A stretch of DNA of 63,936 nucleotides, the filler included, from Octopus bimaculoides (Eukaryota): NCBI RefSeq assembly GCF_001194135.2. It is 8 parts of 8 records of this genome, joined end to end, with 100 filler letters (N's around TTAATTAATTAA, not from the genome) between each part and the next. Parts side by side here need not be neighbours in the genome. Positions count along the whole stretch, not along the records: positions 1 to 16,870 come from NC_068993.1; 7 more parts are not named here. One strand, written 5' to 3'. The notes beneath the pieces were generated by a model that was given only the letters and a program-made list of their open reading frames with translations, was not told the DNA's origin and did not search any database. Made by a program: the position numbers and the translations under genes. Below are positions 1 through 11,668 of this stretch, in pieces (the stretch's first letter is position 1; the number at the start of each line of letters is the position of its first letter).

Positions 1-249
1 CATTCAATCGATCGCATCAACAGATTATTAGTAGGCTGTGCGCTTGACAACACTCCAGATATCTGGCCAATAGCGTAGCTGGAAGGAGGGTGTGAAGGGG
101 CGGTCCACCAGGACGACGCATTTATGGAGGCGGCACTTTTGTGTCTACTGTATAAGCCTAAACAGGCTTATACCTCCTGTGTAGGGAGCTACGCCACCCT
201 GTCATCCCATTTTTGGCATTTATTTGACTAAGAACTGCAGTTTCATAAA

Positions 250-1450
250 AATGACAAGTGGTAGGAATGTGTGCTTCACAAACAGTGGCCACACCTGCTC
301 GTCATCTAAGAATCTCTGCAGATATTACAGCATCAGCACCTGTCTACGTGGTATGCCTCCCCCACTGCATATTACGTTCTCTATGTAGAGTGTTAGTCGC
401 AAAGGGACCTTCTGATCAAGGAAACCCGAATTTTTCACTAGAAGCAAAAGAGCAGACTTGTTTAAATGCAAAGTAGAGCAAAGCTTTGTATGATAATATA
501 TAAAAGAGACAATGCATACAGTCATAATCTTTGTCTGAACTTTTAGGGATAGCTTTCCCTATTTCTATTTCTATTGCCCACCATGTTCATAACTTCGTCC
601 CAAATCCTATCCCCTAGAAGTCTTGACCAAGCCATTCACTGAGTACCTTTACTGGACTGTCAGTCAAGCCACAGACGACTCTACCCCCAGGTTGCATAGA
701 CTTGTCTTTCTAGGTATCATGTTCCAAGACCGCCGGCTTCTCCTAGTTAATGAATTCTCCAGTTACTACTTTATATTCTTTCAAAATTATGACGATTTCT
801 TTGAATATTTATGTGTCCGACACCATGACAATAATTTATCAACATAGCTCTCCTGCATCCCGACTCGAATTATATGCCTCTCCACTGCTCCAGCTTTTGT
901 AGTTGTGGTTCAAGAGTCAAAACGTATGGAAAAACCGACCACGCGATATCAAATGGCTCCGAATGGTAGCGATTTGCCGCTGTACAAGCTAGCGACCAAC
1001 CCACTGAGCACTAATGAGAAACTGGTTGCACATAATACAGCGGCCAGATGGTGATGGTGAGTTTGCAGAATTCATTAGATTTACCCAAGTGATCATCATA
1101 ACCAAATCCAGATCCGACCCTCTCTACGGTATATCGCATGAAGTGAATAGGTTTGTCCAGGATGGAACAGATTTATGCGGACCTGACGATATTATGGTAA
1201 ATTATGAGCCTTTCTGCAATGCTCCTCTTTGCATAATTCGGATTTTGTACAGCTCCACCTCTTCTGTCATGATTTGCAGCTGACCCATCAAGGTATTATT
1301 ACGGAATTTCACCGTCTCCAGTTCGTTGCTACTCCCGAAAATTTCAGTAAAGTGTTGCTGAAAAGTTGCACTGGTTGCTTGGAACAATATGTGGTCCATC
1401 AAAGAGTCTGTAGCAACGCTGTGCGCATGCGTAGTCTCACGCATGCGTGG
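250..1450 (-). mobile_element. Degenerate non-LTR retrotransposon (APE endonuclease region, CR1/L2-like)
   Basis: Minus-strand frames broken by stops and frameshifts give APE-like motifs in the expected order: SIAERL (ETWL-like), LFHPGQTYSLHAIYRREGR, KSLPFGAI*YR, KVVTGEFIN (GDFN-like), QPGGRVVCGLTDSP. Boundaries approximate. Confidence 0.5.
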
Positions 1451-3535
1451 AATTCAACAACCAAGCTTTCCCGCTTCATTCTGTCTCTTTCTTGCTGGCC
1501 AGCGATTGAGCAAGGACGTGTTTAGCTGTCTCTCTCCATCTTTCGAACTTACGCTAGACAGCTCGCTCACATCTACATACCAACGTCCCAACAACCATGC
1601 TCACACACACAGAAGACGTCTCAACAAACAAGAGCTAAAGATGTATATTTACCACCATGAATAAATGTTGTTTGAGTTGATAGTCTGGTGTTCAGCGTTC
1701 CGTTAATTCTTAATTTAATATAGGAAGGCAGGTGTACATCTAATAATGTATAACCCACTTCTCTATACTGGTGACCCCGACGTGATTCAAACACGCAGCC
1801 CGCTGAGCTACAATAACCCACTTTCCTATAAGTCTATCGTAATTCAGTTTCCTTGACACAGCTCCGTCGCTTGGGCCTACAGAATGGTTTTAATGTCCTC
1901 ATATTTTAATGTATGCGTCTTAACATAGCAACCAAGCTTTCGAGTTTAACACGACCGCTATCGTTTAGACTAGGAAATCCCTTCAAACAACTTCTGTTAA
2001 ATTAGTTAACTCAACCTCCTATTTAATGCTTTCTGCTGCTATTCCGTTACTAACTAAATTTTAATGGGGGTTTTTTTTACGAAGCCATCCACCATCTGTT
2101 GTTAATAATCAAACCCGTCAATTTCTACTCAATTTGCTCTCAAATCCGGTCCCTAAAGGCTTTTTGCACTGTAAACGACGCTTTCAGCTTTCCAGTAACC
2201 GTGTCTCTGACTGTGTCATATTTAAGTTGATCGTGTTATACAAAAGGGTCTACACATAATGTGGAGATGTATGTATTCAGGCATGCCTGACGTTACGGGA
2301 GTTCGCGCTGGCGGGAATTGTCAAGTTTGACCACTAATTTCGGGATACGCTAAGTGAATCTTTCCAGTCTCTAAGTAAAAAAAAATTACTAGCAGTATTT
2401 ACAATAATTTCTCAGACAGCTTTACCAACATCATCTTCCAAACCATTGTTGTAACCTTTTATTCTACAGAGCTAACATATTTAGGAAAAGCCAGGAAGAC
2501 AGAAGTTCCTATATTCAATTCCCTATAGATGATAATTATCATGTTTATATACAAAAACATATTTATAGATTTGTTACAGTTCTTTTGAAATATAGTCTCA
2601 AGTTGTTGTTACTGTTGTTCTTGTTCTTGTTTTTATTCTTTTGTGAGTGTGTGTCTGTAAGCATGTGTATATGTTTCTAAAAACCAGTTACATCGATAAT
2701 TAACACATATTTACATTAACCTAAGGGTCAATAATTGACTGTAAATGTTCAATATTATGATTGGATCTCACAACAGAATTAGTTTCAGTGAACATCAATT
2801 TATGTCAAACATGTTATTTTAAACATCACTTAAATCATCATAGAATCAGAATAGTCAATAGAGAGCTAAACGAACAAAAGCAGTGCTGATACACATTACT
2901 GAGTCAATATAAGCTATGAATTCATTTAGAGAGAATATAATCCAGTGGTGTATCAAGTCTTCTTAATGTGGGATTTAATGTGCAAATAACACATAGTGAA
3001 AACTGACCAGTCTATTCATGTAATATTAGCATGAAAAATAAATTCAGTCATCATTAGCAAATATTTAGGGGTTCTTTTTTGTATCTTAATTTCTGACCAG
3101 ATGTGTGAAAAACCAATTGGCAAATTAATGTTAACCTATTTTATGCTCCATAGGTGCATTAAAATTAGCCAGCAAGAAGTGAATATGCTGTTAGTCAATG
3201 ACTAATGTGTTTTGTTTTTCTTCATTTACTTGTTTCAGAGATTTGAATGAGGTCATGCTGGGGCACTTCCTTGAAGGATTTAGTCAAACAAATCAACCCC
3301 AGCATTTATTTTAAAATCTGGTACACTATTCTCTTTGTCTCTTTTGCCAAACTGCTCAGTCACGAGCATGTAAACAAACCAGTACCAGTTGCAATAGAGT
3401 ACAAACACAATAACAGAGACAAGTGCACACAATATACATACATACACATGCACATACACCCACACATAGATAGATACACAAAGATAGATATATAGACAAA
3501 TGACAGACAGACTTCGGCATAGTTTCCATCGACCA

Positions 3536-4345
3536 AATTCCTCGAAGGATCCAAGGATGAGCTACTTCCTGGAAAGTTCTGGGGAGGTTACTTCCTCGAA
3601 AGTTCCGAGGAGTTCCTGGAAAGTGCCAAGGATTTCCTGGAAGTATCCGAGGATAAGCTACTTCCAGGATAGTTCTGAGGATGGTACTTCCTGGAAAGTT
3701 CCGAGGGTTTCCTGGAAAGATCCGAGAATGCGCTGTTTCATGGGAAGTTCCGAGGATGGTACGTCCTGGAAAATTCCGTGGATTTCCTGGAAAAATCCAA
3801 GGGTAAGCTACTTCTTGGAAAGTTCCGTGGATGGTACTTCTTGGAAATCTCCAGGGAGTTGAGTGGAAGTTCCGATGAATCCTGGAAAGATCCGATGACT
3901 TCCTGGAAAATGCCACGATTTCCTGGAAATATTCGAGGATGAGCTACTTCCTGGAAAGTTCAGCGGATGGTACTTCCTGGAAAGTTCCGAGAGTTGTACT
4001 TCCTGAAAATTTCCGATGATCTCCTTAAAGATCCGAGGTTGAGCTACTTCATGTTAAGTTCCGAGGATGGGATTTCTTGGAAAGATCCGAGGATTTACTG
4101 GAATGATACGCGAATGAGCTTACTTCCTGGAAAGTTCCGGTGATTTCCTGGAAACATCCGAGGATGAGTTACTTCATGGAAAGTTCCTAGGATGGGATAT
4201 CCTGGAAAGTAACGTGGGTTTCCTGGAGTTCCGAGGATGAGCTACTTCCTGGAAACTTCCGGGGATGTGACTTTCTGGGAAGTTCTGAGGATTCCTGGAA
4301 AGTTCCGAGGAAGGGGAGGAATTACTTCCTGGAAAGGTCCGAGGA
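3536..4345. repeat. Minisatellite built on TTCCTGGAAAGTTCCGAGGA units
   Basis: About 800 bp of degenerate 18-30 nt units around the near-palindrome TTCCTGGAA; roughly 15 perfect cores counted by eye. The ORFs 3356-3916(-), 3500-3862(+) and 4174-4431(-) are by-products of it. Confidence 0.95.
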
Positions 4346-4660
4346 GGGGCGCCCATCATACTGCTGCGGAATTTGGATGCTCCAATAATGTGTAACGGCA
4401 CACACATGATAATCAAAATTGATACTCCCAAGTCTTACAGGCAACCATCTTGAATGGACCGGCCGCTGGTCAAGATGTTCTTATAACTCCAATGTCCCTC
4501 CCTCCCTCCGATACGATCTACAAGTTTAAGCGGCTTCAATTTCCTGTCAAACTCTCCTTTGCAATGGCAATAAATAAGGCACAGGGTCCTTCATTGCAAT
4601 GGTTGGTTTAAATCTCACAGAGCAAGTGTTCTCCCATGGTCAACATTACGTTCGATGCTC
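4346..4660 (+). mobile_element. Helitron PIF1-like helicase C-terminal fragment (one frameshift)
   Basis: Translates GAPIILLRNLDAPIMCNGTHMIIK...LQATILNGPAAGQDVLI...PSDTIYKFKRLQFPVKLSFAMAINKAQGPSL, then frameshifts to MVGLNLTEQVFSHGQHYV. These are the hallmark motifs (LLRN, CNGT, QFP, FAMTINKAQG, VFSHGQ) of Helitron/PIF1 helicases. Confidence 0.9.
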
Positions 4661-4661
4661 A

Positions 4662-4890
4662 CATCATCATCATTATCTAACATGCATATTCCATGCTAGC
4701 ATGGGTTAGATGGTTTGAAAGGATCTGATGTGTATTCAAGGACAGCATTGAGCCCCAGTGTCTGCTTTGGGAAGGTTTTCATGGCTTAATGCTCTTTGTA
4801 ACGCTTTACGGTGTGGACTTTACAGCATGGATTGGGTGCTTTTTTCCATGCCACCTACACTATTGAGGTCACCATGCAGTTTGCAGAACT
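4662..4890. mobile_element. Short interspersed repeat family C (CATCATCAT...TTCCATGCTAGCATGGG head)
   Basis: Shares CATCATCATC...TTCCATGCTAGCATGGGTT with the copies at 5850-5997, 8995-9350 and 13070-13280. Confidence 0.65.
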
Positions 4891-5849
4891 ACAAGCCCTA
4901 GATGGGAAGGGGAGCAGGGGACACAGATTCATGCTTGGGAACAAAGAGATTACAATGCAACAGTGGGGAGGGAGTTAGAGCAGATTCTTGTGTAGAGGTC
5001 TGCATGACTACATGGCTATTCACACTTGTAGATAAAAGCAGGCAGAAAGACATATACACATATGTTAGTAGGGGAAAGTGGGAGAAAAAGACACACACAC
5101 ACACACATATATATATATACACATATTTACACACATTAATAAGAGAAAGGGAGACACACACACACACACATATTTACATATACGTAAGTTCAATTCATAT
5201 TTTTACGATTAAAGTTTCCCCTATTTGAAACCTTTTGATTTTCCCCTGATATTCCAATTTTTGGCTGTCTTTGCATCAGTTTTGCAAAATGTTTGAGATG
5301 TGAAGGAAAATGAAATGAAATCGTTTTTAACTATGTTTTATTTTTAAAATCATAATATTTAATTTGAATTGACATAAAATATACAATAAAAATACATTTG
5401 AAAAAATTATTATTGCATCTCCTTTAAACACAATCACATCACACACCTTTATAGTATGAGACTATTTCTTTGATATATACAATGGTAATGTTTGTTTTGT
5501 TAAAGACTAGTGTAAAATATTAGTAAAAGTTGATCCATGAGCAATGCATTAAACACTCACATCCATCATGTATACAATTTAATGTGAGGAAAAGAGCAGT
5601 CAAGTCAACATTATGAACGTTTCTGTAAACATTGTTAATTCTATACTACACATAATGTTATGCAATACATACAATATATGTGAGATATATATATTTACAC
5701 ATTGGATACATGACGTACTCTTTTTTATCATTTATTGCAGTATGACTGATCTTTCTTTAGTTGTTGGAATACTGCACTAGCCAAGTTCCTACATGAAGTG
5801 CTGATGAGATGATCACCAGGATAGTATGTATTGCCCCCATTATTATTTA

Positions 5850-5997
5850 TCATCATCATCATCGTTTAACGTCCGCTTTCCATGCTAGCATGGGTTGGAC
5901 GATTTGACTGAGGACTGGTGAAACCAGATGGCAACACCAGGCTCCAATCTAATTTGGCAGAGTTTCTACAGCTGGATGCCCTTCCTAACGCCAACTG
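5850..5997. mobile_element. Short interspersed repeat family C
   Basis: Near-identical in reverse complement to 9190-9345 (CAGCTGGATGCCCTTCCTAACGCCAAC block). Confidence 0.8.
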
Positions 5998-6121
5998 CTC
6001 TTATATATATATTTATCAATAATAATAAAAGGATAAAATTAATTGATTAATCAATTAATAATTTTATCAAGTAGTTCGGTACATTAAAATAACCTTTTTA
6101 GGTAAAATGATACAAATATTT

Positions 6122-6341
6122 TATAACTATAAACATAATTATAATCAGGAGTCAGCTAACTGCTTCGCCACACACTGAATTTAGAAATAGGAGTTAAAAT
6201 GCCTTTTCTATTACCATAAAGTGTGTTACTGTCTGGGAGATCTTTATGGTAACAGAAAAGGCATTTTAACTCCTATTTCTAAATTCGGCGTGTGGCGAAG
6301 CAATTAGCTGACCCCTGATTATAATTATGTTTATAATTATA
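6122..6341. repeat. Foldback/palindrome with ~100-bp arms
   Basis: Arm 6122-6221 (TATAACTATAAACATAATTATAATCAGG...CCATAAAG) is the reverse complement of 6242-6341 with few mismatches; 20-nt spacer. Confidence 0.92.
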
Positions 6342-6560
6342 GAATATATATGTAATATAATATGTGACAATTATTCGGTTGCCATAATGAAACTCCAAGT
6401 TTCAGATGTTGGGGTGGAAATCTGCTCCGGCATCTTGTCAGTTATTAAGACATTTTTGTTTGTCTTAATAACTGACGAGATGCCGGAGCAGGTTTCCGCC
6501 CCACATCCGAATAATTATGGCAACCGAATAATTGTCACATATTATATTACAGATAAATTC
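6342..6560. repeat. Second foldback with ~105-bp arms, abutting the first
   Basis: TGTAATATAATATGTGACAATTATTCGGTTGCCATAAT...GTCAGTTATTAAGACA is mirrored by TGTCTTAATAACTGAC...ATTATGGCAACCGAATAATTGTCACATATTATATTACA; ~8-nt loop. Confidence 0.92.
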
Positions 6561-6818
6561 CTCTATTTACATAATATCAAGGTCTCATTAACTTTTTTGT
6601 TGTCATACTATTACTATTAATATATATATATATGTTTGCTTTCTTAAAGACTAGTGTGAAATATTAGTAAAAGTTGATCCATGAGGCTTACAAAAAAGTC
6701 GATTTGTTCGACTAAAGGCACTGCTCCAGCATAGCCACAGTCAAATGACTGAAACAAGTTAAAGAAAAGGATGTGTGTGTGTGTGTGTGTGTNNNNNNNN
6801 NNNNNNNNNNNNNNNNNN

Positions 6819-6849
<31 letters not shown>

Positions 6850-7499
6850 TATACACATACACACACACATGCCAATATTGAATAATGAGAATGAGTGCTT
6901 AACACCACATTGGTGGATAAATATTTTATATATGTGGGTGAACAAGGACACCATTGGTTTCATGCCAAAAGAAAATTTCTCAGCAATTGCTGAGAAATTT
7001 TCTCTCCGCATGAAACCAATGGTAGCCTTGTTAACCCACAAATACGGTATGTAAATATATATGTATGGGGTGAGGTGTACATATATTTAACAAAGGAATA
7101 TTAGCTACAGATTAGTTATACTACATTTAATACACATAAGGAAAAGAATGAGCAAAAAAGGACAATTACACACACAGACACACATTACATGCATGCACAC
7201 GCACGCCACATGGATGCACGCACATACACACATCTCCATTGAAGTGTACACTGATGAGATTCTCCCCAACCACAATCTTCCATCACTGATGTACCCCAAG
7301 GTTCAGTTCTGTCTCACATATTGATATCTTATTTTCTGTCAGTTCTAACAACATGCATTACCACCAGACAATAGCCAACCTCCTTAAACTTTTTCATCAT
7401 CCATATATATATATACCCTAAGCACCTTACACTAGACGTACATGGCCTCCATGAATATAAACCTTTCAGTGATCCTTTAATCGGGACATTACAAACTAA

Positions 7500-8092
7500 T
7501 TGGCTGTGTGTGTGGTAAGTAGCTTCCTTACGAACCACATGGTTCTGGTTTCGGTCCCACTGCGTGGCACCTTGGGCAAGAGTCTTCTACTATAGCCTCG
7601 GACTGACCAAAGCCTTGTGAGTGGATTTGGTAGACAGAAACTGAAAGAAGCCCAGCGTATATATATATATATATATATNNNNNNNNNNNNNNNNNNNNNN
7701 NNNNNNNNNNNNNNNNNNNNNNNNNNNNNNNNNNNNNNNNNNNNNNNNNNNNNNNNNNNNNNNNNNNNNNNNNNNNNNNNNNNNNNNNNNNNNNNNNNNN
7801 NNNNNNNNNNNNNNNNNNNNNNNNNNNNNNNNNNNNNNNNNNNNNNNNNNNNNNNNNNNNNNNNNNNNNNNNNNNNNNNNNNNNNNNNNNNNNNNNNNNN
7901 NNNNNNNNNCCAACATCACTTGATAACCGATGCTGGTGTGTTTACATCCCTGTAACTTAGCGATTCAGCAAAAGAGACCGATAGAATAAGTACTAGGCTT
8001 ACAAAGAATAAGTCCTGGGGTCGATTTGCTCGACTAAAGATGGTGCTCCAGCATGGCCACAGTCAAATGACTGAAACAAGTAAAAGAGTAAA
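7500..8092 (+). mobile_element. SINE family B (GTGTGGTAAG...TTGGGCAAG...GAAACTGAAAGAAGCCC), split by microsatellite/gap
   Basis: tRNA-like head plus conserved body. Related copies at 14828-14985, 41655-42052, 43072-43550 and 52188-52345; 3' halves at 6686-6770, 29550-29680, 37612-37790 and 60785-60955. Confidence 0.8.
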
Positions 8093-8807
8093 TCAACGCA
8101 TTAAAGAAACAGCTTTACATTGTAATGTCCCTTTGCAGGAACCAGCCAGGACTAAAATTTTTTTAATTCACTAAAACTTCTAGGCTGCTAGACATCACAA
8201 TTAATATCTTGTGGTGAAACCATTTGGACAGTATCTCTATATTTACATCACAAAAACTAGGTTTCTTAACACCAGAAATGTCTTCTATATCGATGAGTTA
8301 CTACTCCCCCTCTATAAATCTCAAGTGTAACTCATGATGAAATACATTTGGAATGTTGCGACTGTTCTACACACAAACATGCTAGACTATAGTTTAATAC
8401 AGCAAAGATGATTTCACATTTAACTTTACAATATTTTACAAAACACTTCAAGCAATTATGATCAGTTGATTATGATCTGCTATGATGTTAGCAAAATAGA
8501 AAAATAAATCTATTTTCTTGCAACTTTTGATTGAGATTCACAATGCAGTCTTATCCACGAAAGAGCTTTGTCTTCTTGTATTAGATAATGATTCTACTTG
8601 TCTATACAAAATTCATTTTGATTTCACACTTTTGGACAAAACTGTACAATATAAAAGATACCAGTGTACGATAATGGAATTACAATGGAAAGTGTTTAAA
8701 TATAAGAAAACTTCCAGAGTTTTCTGAGCAGGTAAAAACGTTTTGTGCTGCACAACATTTAGAAAGGATCAATGATGATAAAACATAGAATGATGTTGAT
8801 GTTAAAA

Positions 8808-8903
8808 TCATGAAGTCATTTCCACGGCATTTCTGTAATCTGTGAGTTCTTTGGACAGTTTCATGCGAGTATAATTAGATGCCAAGATAGTCATAAAATG
8901 GGC
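8808..8903 (-). CDS. M6: Proteolipid M6/PLP-family gene, last coding exon (AHFMTILASNYTRMKLSKELTDYRNAVEMTS*)
   Basis: Acceptor ttttgtttcag at 8904, phase 0, TGA at 8810-8808. Matches the end of TM4 in M6 proteins (VHYLMxLSAN(W/Y)). Confidence 0.88.
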   Translation of the reverse strand, partial: AHFMTILASNYTRMKLSKELTDYRNAVEMTS

Positions 8904-8994
8904 CTGAAACAAAAATGAAATAACAATTAGTTTAAGAATTAATAACATTTACTTAGTGACTATTTATTTTTGAAATATTTCAATATTTTTTTTT

Positions 8995-9350
8995 TTACCA
9001 TTTTGAGCGTGGCCGTTGCCAGTACTGCCTGACTGGCCTTCGTAGGATTTTCGAGCGACATCGTTGCCAGTGCCCTTGGACTGGCTCTTGTGCGGTGGCA
9101 CATAAAATACACCATTTTGAGCGTGGCCATTGCCAGTACCGCCTGACTGACCTTCATGCCAGTGGCATGTAATAGCACCCACTACACTCTCTGAGTGGTT
9201 GGCGTTAGGAAGGGCATCCAGCTGTAGAAACTTTGCCAAATCAGATTGGAGCCAGGTGTTGCCATCTGGTTTCACCAGTCCTCAGTCAAATCGTCCAACC
9301 CATGCTAGCATGGAAAGCGGACGTTAAACGATGATGATGATGATGATGAT
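8995..9350. mobile_element. Short interspersed repeat family C (opposite orientation to 5850-5997)
   Basis: Reverse complement of the 5850-5997 copy, plus an internal duplication TTTTGAGCGTGGCC(G/A)TTGCCAGTAC. Confidence 0.8.
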
Positions 9351-9811
9351 ATAATATGATTTAGTCATTGAAAATCAGAAGACACCAAATTAGAGAGACT
9401 GAATTCGTTTTTGATGAAAATAATAGTGTTGAAACCCAAGCAGGAAACACAGCACCCTCTCGATAACAGAGTCAACATCCACTGACAATGTTGCAAAAGC
9501 AACAAAAATTTTGAAAGACACAAAAATAAAAGTAATAATAATAAATGAGTAGAAATTGAACCAGTGCGTGTGTGAGAAATTATGGCAGTTTGACTCTCCC
9601 CAGACACACACAAATTCACATAAAGAATCTTGCAACCGAGATAAAAAAAAGTATATACACACACATACTGTAATAGACTCTGCAGTGTGTGGAAGTTTAA
9701 GAATTCATTAGTCAGAAAAAGTATGCACTCATATAATTGTCAATAGAGCAGGTATATTAACTGAAGTGTACAGTCTTATATATCTATTACAGACGATCTT
9801 ACCAATTCTTC

Positions 9812-10020
9812 TCTTCTCTAGGCACAAGGCCTAAAATTTTGGGAGAGGAGACCAATCAATAAGATCGACCCCAGTACCCAACTGGTACTTAATTTATTGA
9901 CCCCGAAAAGATGAAAGGCAAAGTCGACCATGGCGGAATTTGAACTCAGAATGTAAAGACAGATGAAATACCACTAAGCATTTCACCCAGTGTGCTAATG
10001 TTTCTGCCAGCTTGCTGATC
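9812..10020 (-). mobile_element. tRNA-derived SINE family A
   Basis: Minus strand reads GCTGGCAGAAACATTAGCAC...TTCTGAGTTCAAATTCCGCC (A/B-box-like), then GTCGACTTTGCCTTTCATC...AAGTACCAGTT. Many copies in the window. Confidence 0.85.
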
Positions 10021-10281
10021 TTACCAATTAGTTTCACATTAGGGCTTCACAAAGATGTTAGATAACAGCCCAATTATGTAACCCAATGTTCTTCAGAGTT
10101 GACAGTTAAGAAGAAAATATAGCGTTTATATATATATATAAATGCTATGTATTTACTTTGGCCATTCAAAGTATGGTGTATATTTTCTTAAAAAGCCAAG
10201 TAAAGGAAAAAAAACAGTAAAGAAACACTTCATTAAATTGTTAAATGTCTTTATAATCAAACAATTAATAGTTTGACTTAC

Positions 10282-10347
10282 CATTGCAAGTGAGGTGCAA
10301 AATGCACCAATATAAGCAACAATAAAGAGTTGACCAGATTCTTCAGT
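10282..10347 (-). CDS. M6: Proteolipid M6/PLP-family gene, 66-nt exon (TEESGQLFIVAYIGAFCTSLAM)
   Basis: ttttacag acceptor and gtaagt donor, phase 0/0. Aligns with M6a LNMTFHLFIVALAGAGAAVIAM and has the same 22-codon length as the corresponding vertebrate exon (recalled). Confidence 0.92.
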
Positions 10348-10681
10348 CTGTAAAACATAACAAACACAAGTTTAAAATTTGGAATTACCATTAATTTTTA
10401 TCAACTGTTAATTGAATGGAACATTTATTAACGATTCTAATCACAACTTTCAGGAATTCAACTTTCTTTCTCTTCATTCCAGCTTATGTATTTTCAAATT
10501 TATATTTAAAGATATCTTCATATATGCCTGAAACTGTAAAGACATCTGGTAACTTGACTGACAAAAGAAGGCTATGAATGACCCGCCCTTTTTTTCCTGT
10601 CCCTCTAATTGTTGTTTTCCCTGTCCGCCTTTGTACTGTCTATCTGTGTGGATGTTTTATTGTCCTCTTGCGTTTTTGTTC

Positions 10682-10729
<48 letters not shown>

Positions 10730-11189
10730 TCGTTTATGGTAAGGACACTGACTAATGAGTATTTTTGTGGTTGCAGAATTACTGTTATTATTATTAATAT
10801 ATATATATATATATATATATATCATCATCAACGTCAATTCATTACAGAGAAAGTTTATAGTCATCAATTCACTACAGCGAAAGTTCACCGTCATCAATTC
10901 ACCGTTTTTGGGGGTTTTTTTTTTCAATAAAATAGCTTTTAACTATTAATGATGAGATACTATGGATATATTTTCTCAGTAAGCTTTCCTTGTGGTGAAC
11001 TTTCTTCACGGTGAATTATGGTGGTGAATTTACCTGTAAATGTTAAGTGGATCCAGTGCAATGAGAAATGAAGTGCTTTGCTCAAAATCACATTGCACTA
11101 CCTGGTCCAGGAATTTAAACCATGGTCTTGTGATTTTAAGTGCAACACTCCAACCACTAGGCCACTTGCCTTCACATAGAAAGACCAGC

Positions 11190-11410
11190 CATTAATAATC
11201 CTTTCCACTATAAGCACAAGGCCTGATATTTTGTGGGGAGGAGGCTAGTCAATTATATCGATGCAGAGGGCTCAACTGGTACAACTTATTTCATCAACCA
11301 TGAAAGGATGAAAAGCCAAGCCGATCACAGCAGAATTTGAACTCAGAATGTGAAGAGACAAAAGAAATACTGCTAAGCATTTTGTCCAGCTCAGTGACAA
11401 TTCTGTTAGA
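11190..11410 (-). mobile_element. tRNA-derived SINE family A
   Basis: Diverged copy containing GAATTTGAACTCAGAATGTGAAGAGAC...CTAAGCATTT. Confidence 0.75.
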
Positions 11411-11576
11411 GCAATTATTTATAATACCTGCTGAGCAATGTTTCAGACAGACAGGCATATTTATCCACCCAGCTGTCCACCTATGTAAATAGTATATGTT
11501 ATCAAAAGTCAAAACACTTTACCATATAATAGCAGAAGCAAAAATCAGAATGGTAATAAATAAATACAATAATTAC

Positions 11577-11668
11577 ACGAGTACACATCCGTCGCAGAGT
11601 GGTTGGTGAGCAAAGAGGAGTTGCAGTCAAACCTCCGACAATTTTCTGGGAGCTGTTACTAAATATAC
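11577..11668 (-). CDS. M6: Proteolipid M6/PLP-family gene, 92-nt exon (G-IFSNSSQKIVGGLTATPLCSPTTLRRMCTR)
   Basis: ctcatacag acceptor (phase 1) and gtaatt donor (phase 0). Phases fit both neighbouring exons, and it holds the last two conserved EC2 cysteines (LCS...RMC). Confidence 0.82.

Noticed and set aside
3356-3916. 186-aa and 120-aa repetitive ORFs
   Set aside because: Translations of the TTCCTGGAA minisatellite, open on both strands.
3536-4345. Possible CRISPR array
   Set aside because: Units are degenerate and contiguous, with no unique spacers or cas genes, in a eukaryotic context.
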